Origin: Octopus sinensis
Lineage: Eukaryota
Length of the DNA stretch: 64,000 bases
Reading direction: 5' to 3'
Assembly: GCF_006345805.1 (NCBI RefSeq)
Contig: NC_042998.1
Span: 159,960,001-160,024,000, forward strand
Shown here: positions 63,154 to 64,000 of the stretch, piece after piece
Numbering within the stretch: the first letter of the stretch is position 1
How the letters are laid out: each line of letters begins with the position of its first letter
Program-made: the position numbers and the translations under genes
The notes under the pieces: generated by a model
Databases searched by the model: none
Seen by the model: the letters and a program-made list of their open reading frames with translations, nothing else
What the model was told of the DNA's origin: nothing

Positions 63154-63241
63154 GTAATTATATTTTAATGGTTTATTTTGATATTTCAATATTTATGGGA
63201 TATGATAATTAATGAAAATGTCTTTTTTTTTCTTCCTCCAG

Positions 63242-63335
63242 CCTTTTAGAATTCAAAGACAAAGAAACAGCCAGGAAAGCCATTGAAAAAATGCACAGAT
63301 ACAAAGTTAAAGACAGACAGATTGTTGTACGAGAG
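63242..63335 (+). CDS. HNRNPM/MYEF2: hnRNP M/MYEF2-like, exon 4 (end of RRM1); gene continues beyond the window
   Basis: LLEFKDKETARKAIEKMHRYKVKDRQIVVRE; strong polypyrimidine acceptor, gtaaat donor. Confidence 0.9.
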
Positions 63336-63664
63336 GTAAATAATTTTATTCTACAGAAGTCTATTGGAATAAGATTTTAGTATTTTGATGGTGTGGTTTT
63401 TAAGTTTGAGATGATTTATTAAAATGAACTGATCTATACAGTTGCGATACTAAGAAATGACTGCTAAATTAGGTAAGATAGCTATAATTTCAAGTAACTC
63501 AGAACTTTCTTAGTTATGGAATCCAAATTAATGTTATCAAATATAGGCAAACAAGTTGAAGGAATTCAGAATCACTGGATTATACTACATTCTGAAAGGA
63601 GTTTGTGAGTATGTATTATCAGAAAACACTGAGAATGGTTGCTTGAATTACATTGATTGCATAA

Positions 63665-63810
63665 TCATTTAATGTCCATGTTGGCATGGGTTGGATGGCT
63701 TGACCAGGGCTGGCAAGCTGGAAGGCTGCACCAGACTGCCATCTAATTTGACATGGTTTCTACAGGTAGATGCCCTTCCTAATGCCAACTACTCCAAGAG
63801 TGTAATGGGG
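63665..63810 (-). mobile_element. RTE tail copy in an intron
   Basis: Reverse complement of the tail consensus. Confidence 0.75.
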
Positions 63811-64000
63811 GAGTTTTACATGCCTTACCTGCCACAACTGCAATTTTACTTGGGTCTTATGCACAGCATTATGTCAAAGGTCTTGGTCATTCGTCATAGC
63901 CTCCATGAGCATATAAAATAACAATGATGTTTAAAACATAGTATTAGGAATTGTCTTTCGTATAGAAAATGGGACAAGCTTTTCAAAGATGTACTTGAAA

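Overview
AT-rich, microsatellite-dense eukaryotic DNA. The repeat families look like an octopus or other coleoid cephalopod genome; this is inferred from recalled SINE/LINE families, not searched. Roughly the first 56 kb is a transposon graveyard: Penelope-like elements (GIY-YIG fragments and pseudo-LTRs carrying type I hammerhead-like motifs), decayed hAT and Tc1/mariner transposases, Helitrons, foldback/MITE elements, many tRNA-derived SINEs and an APE-endonuclease LINE remnant. It also holds a young 5'-truncated RTE-clade LINE (38231-42545) whose reverse transcriptase contains an inserted C4HC3 PHD finger and whose 3'UTR is amplified into a ~340-bp tandem array; a sister array lies at 30647-33290. 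The only well-supported host gene starts near 57.6 kb on the + strand: four phase-compatible exons encode an RS-rich N-terminus and RRM1 of an hnRNP M/MYEF2-family protein, and the gene continues beyond the window. Almost all ORFs in the supplied track are microsatellite or TE artefacts. No rRNA, tRNA genes or CRISPR arrays were seen. Coordinates were counted by hand; repeat boundaries are approximate.
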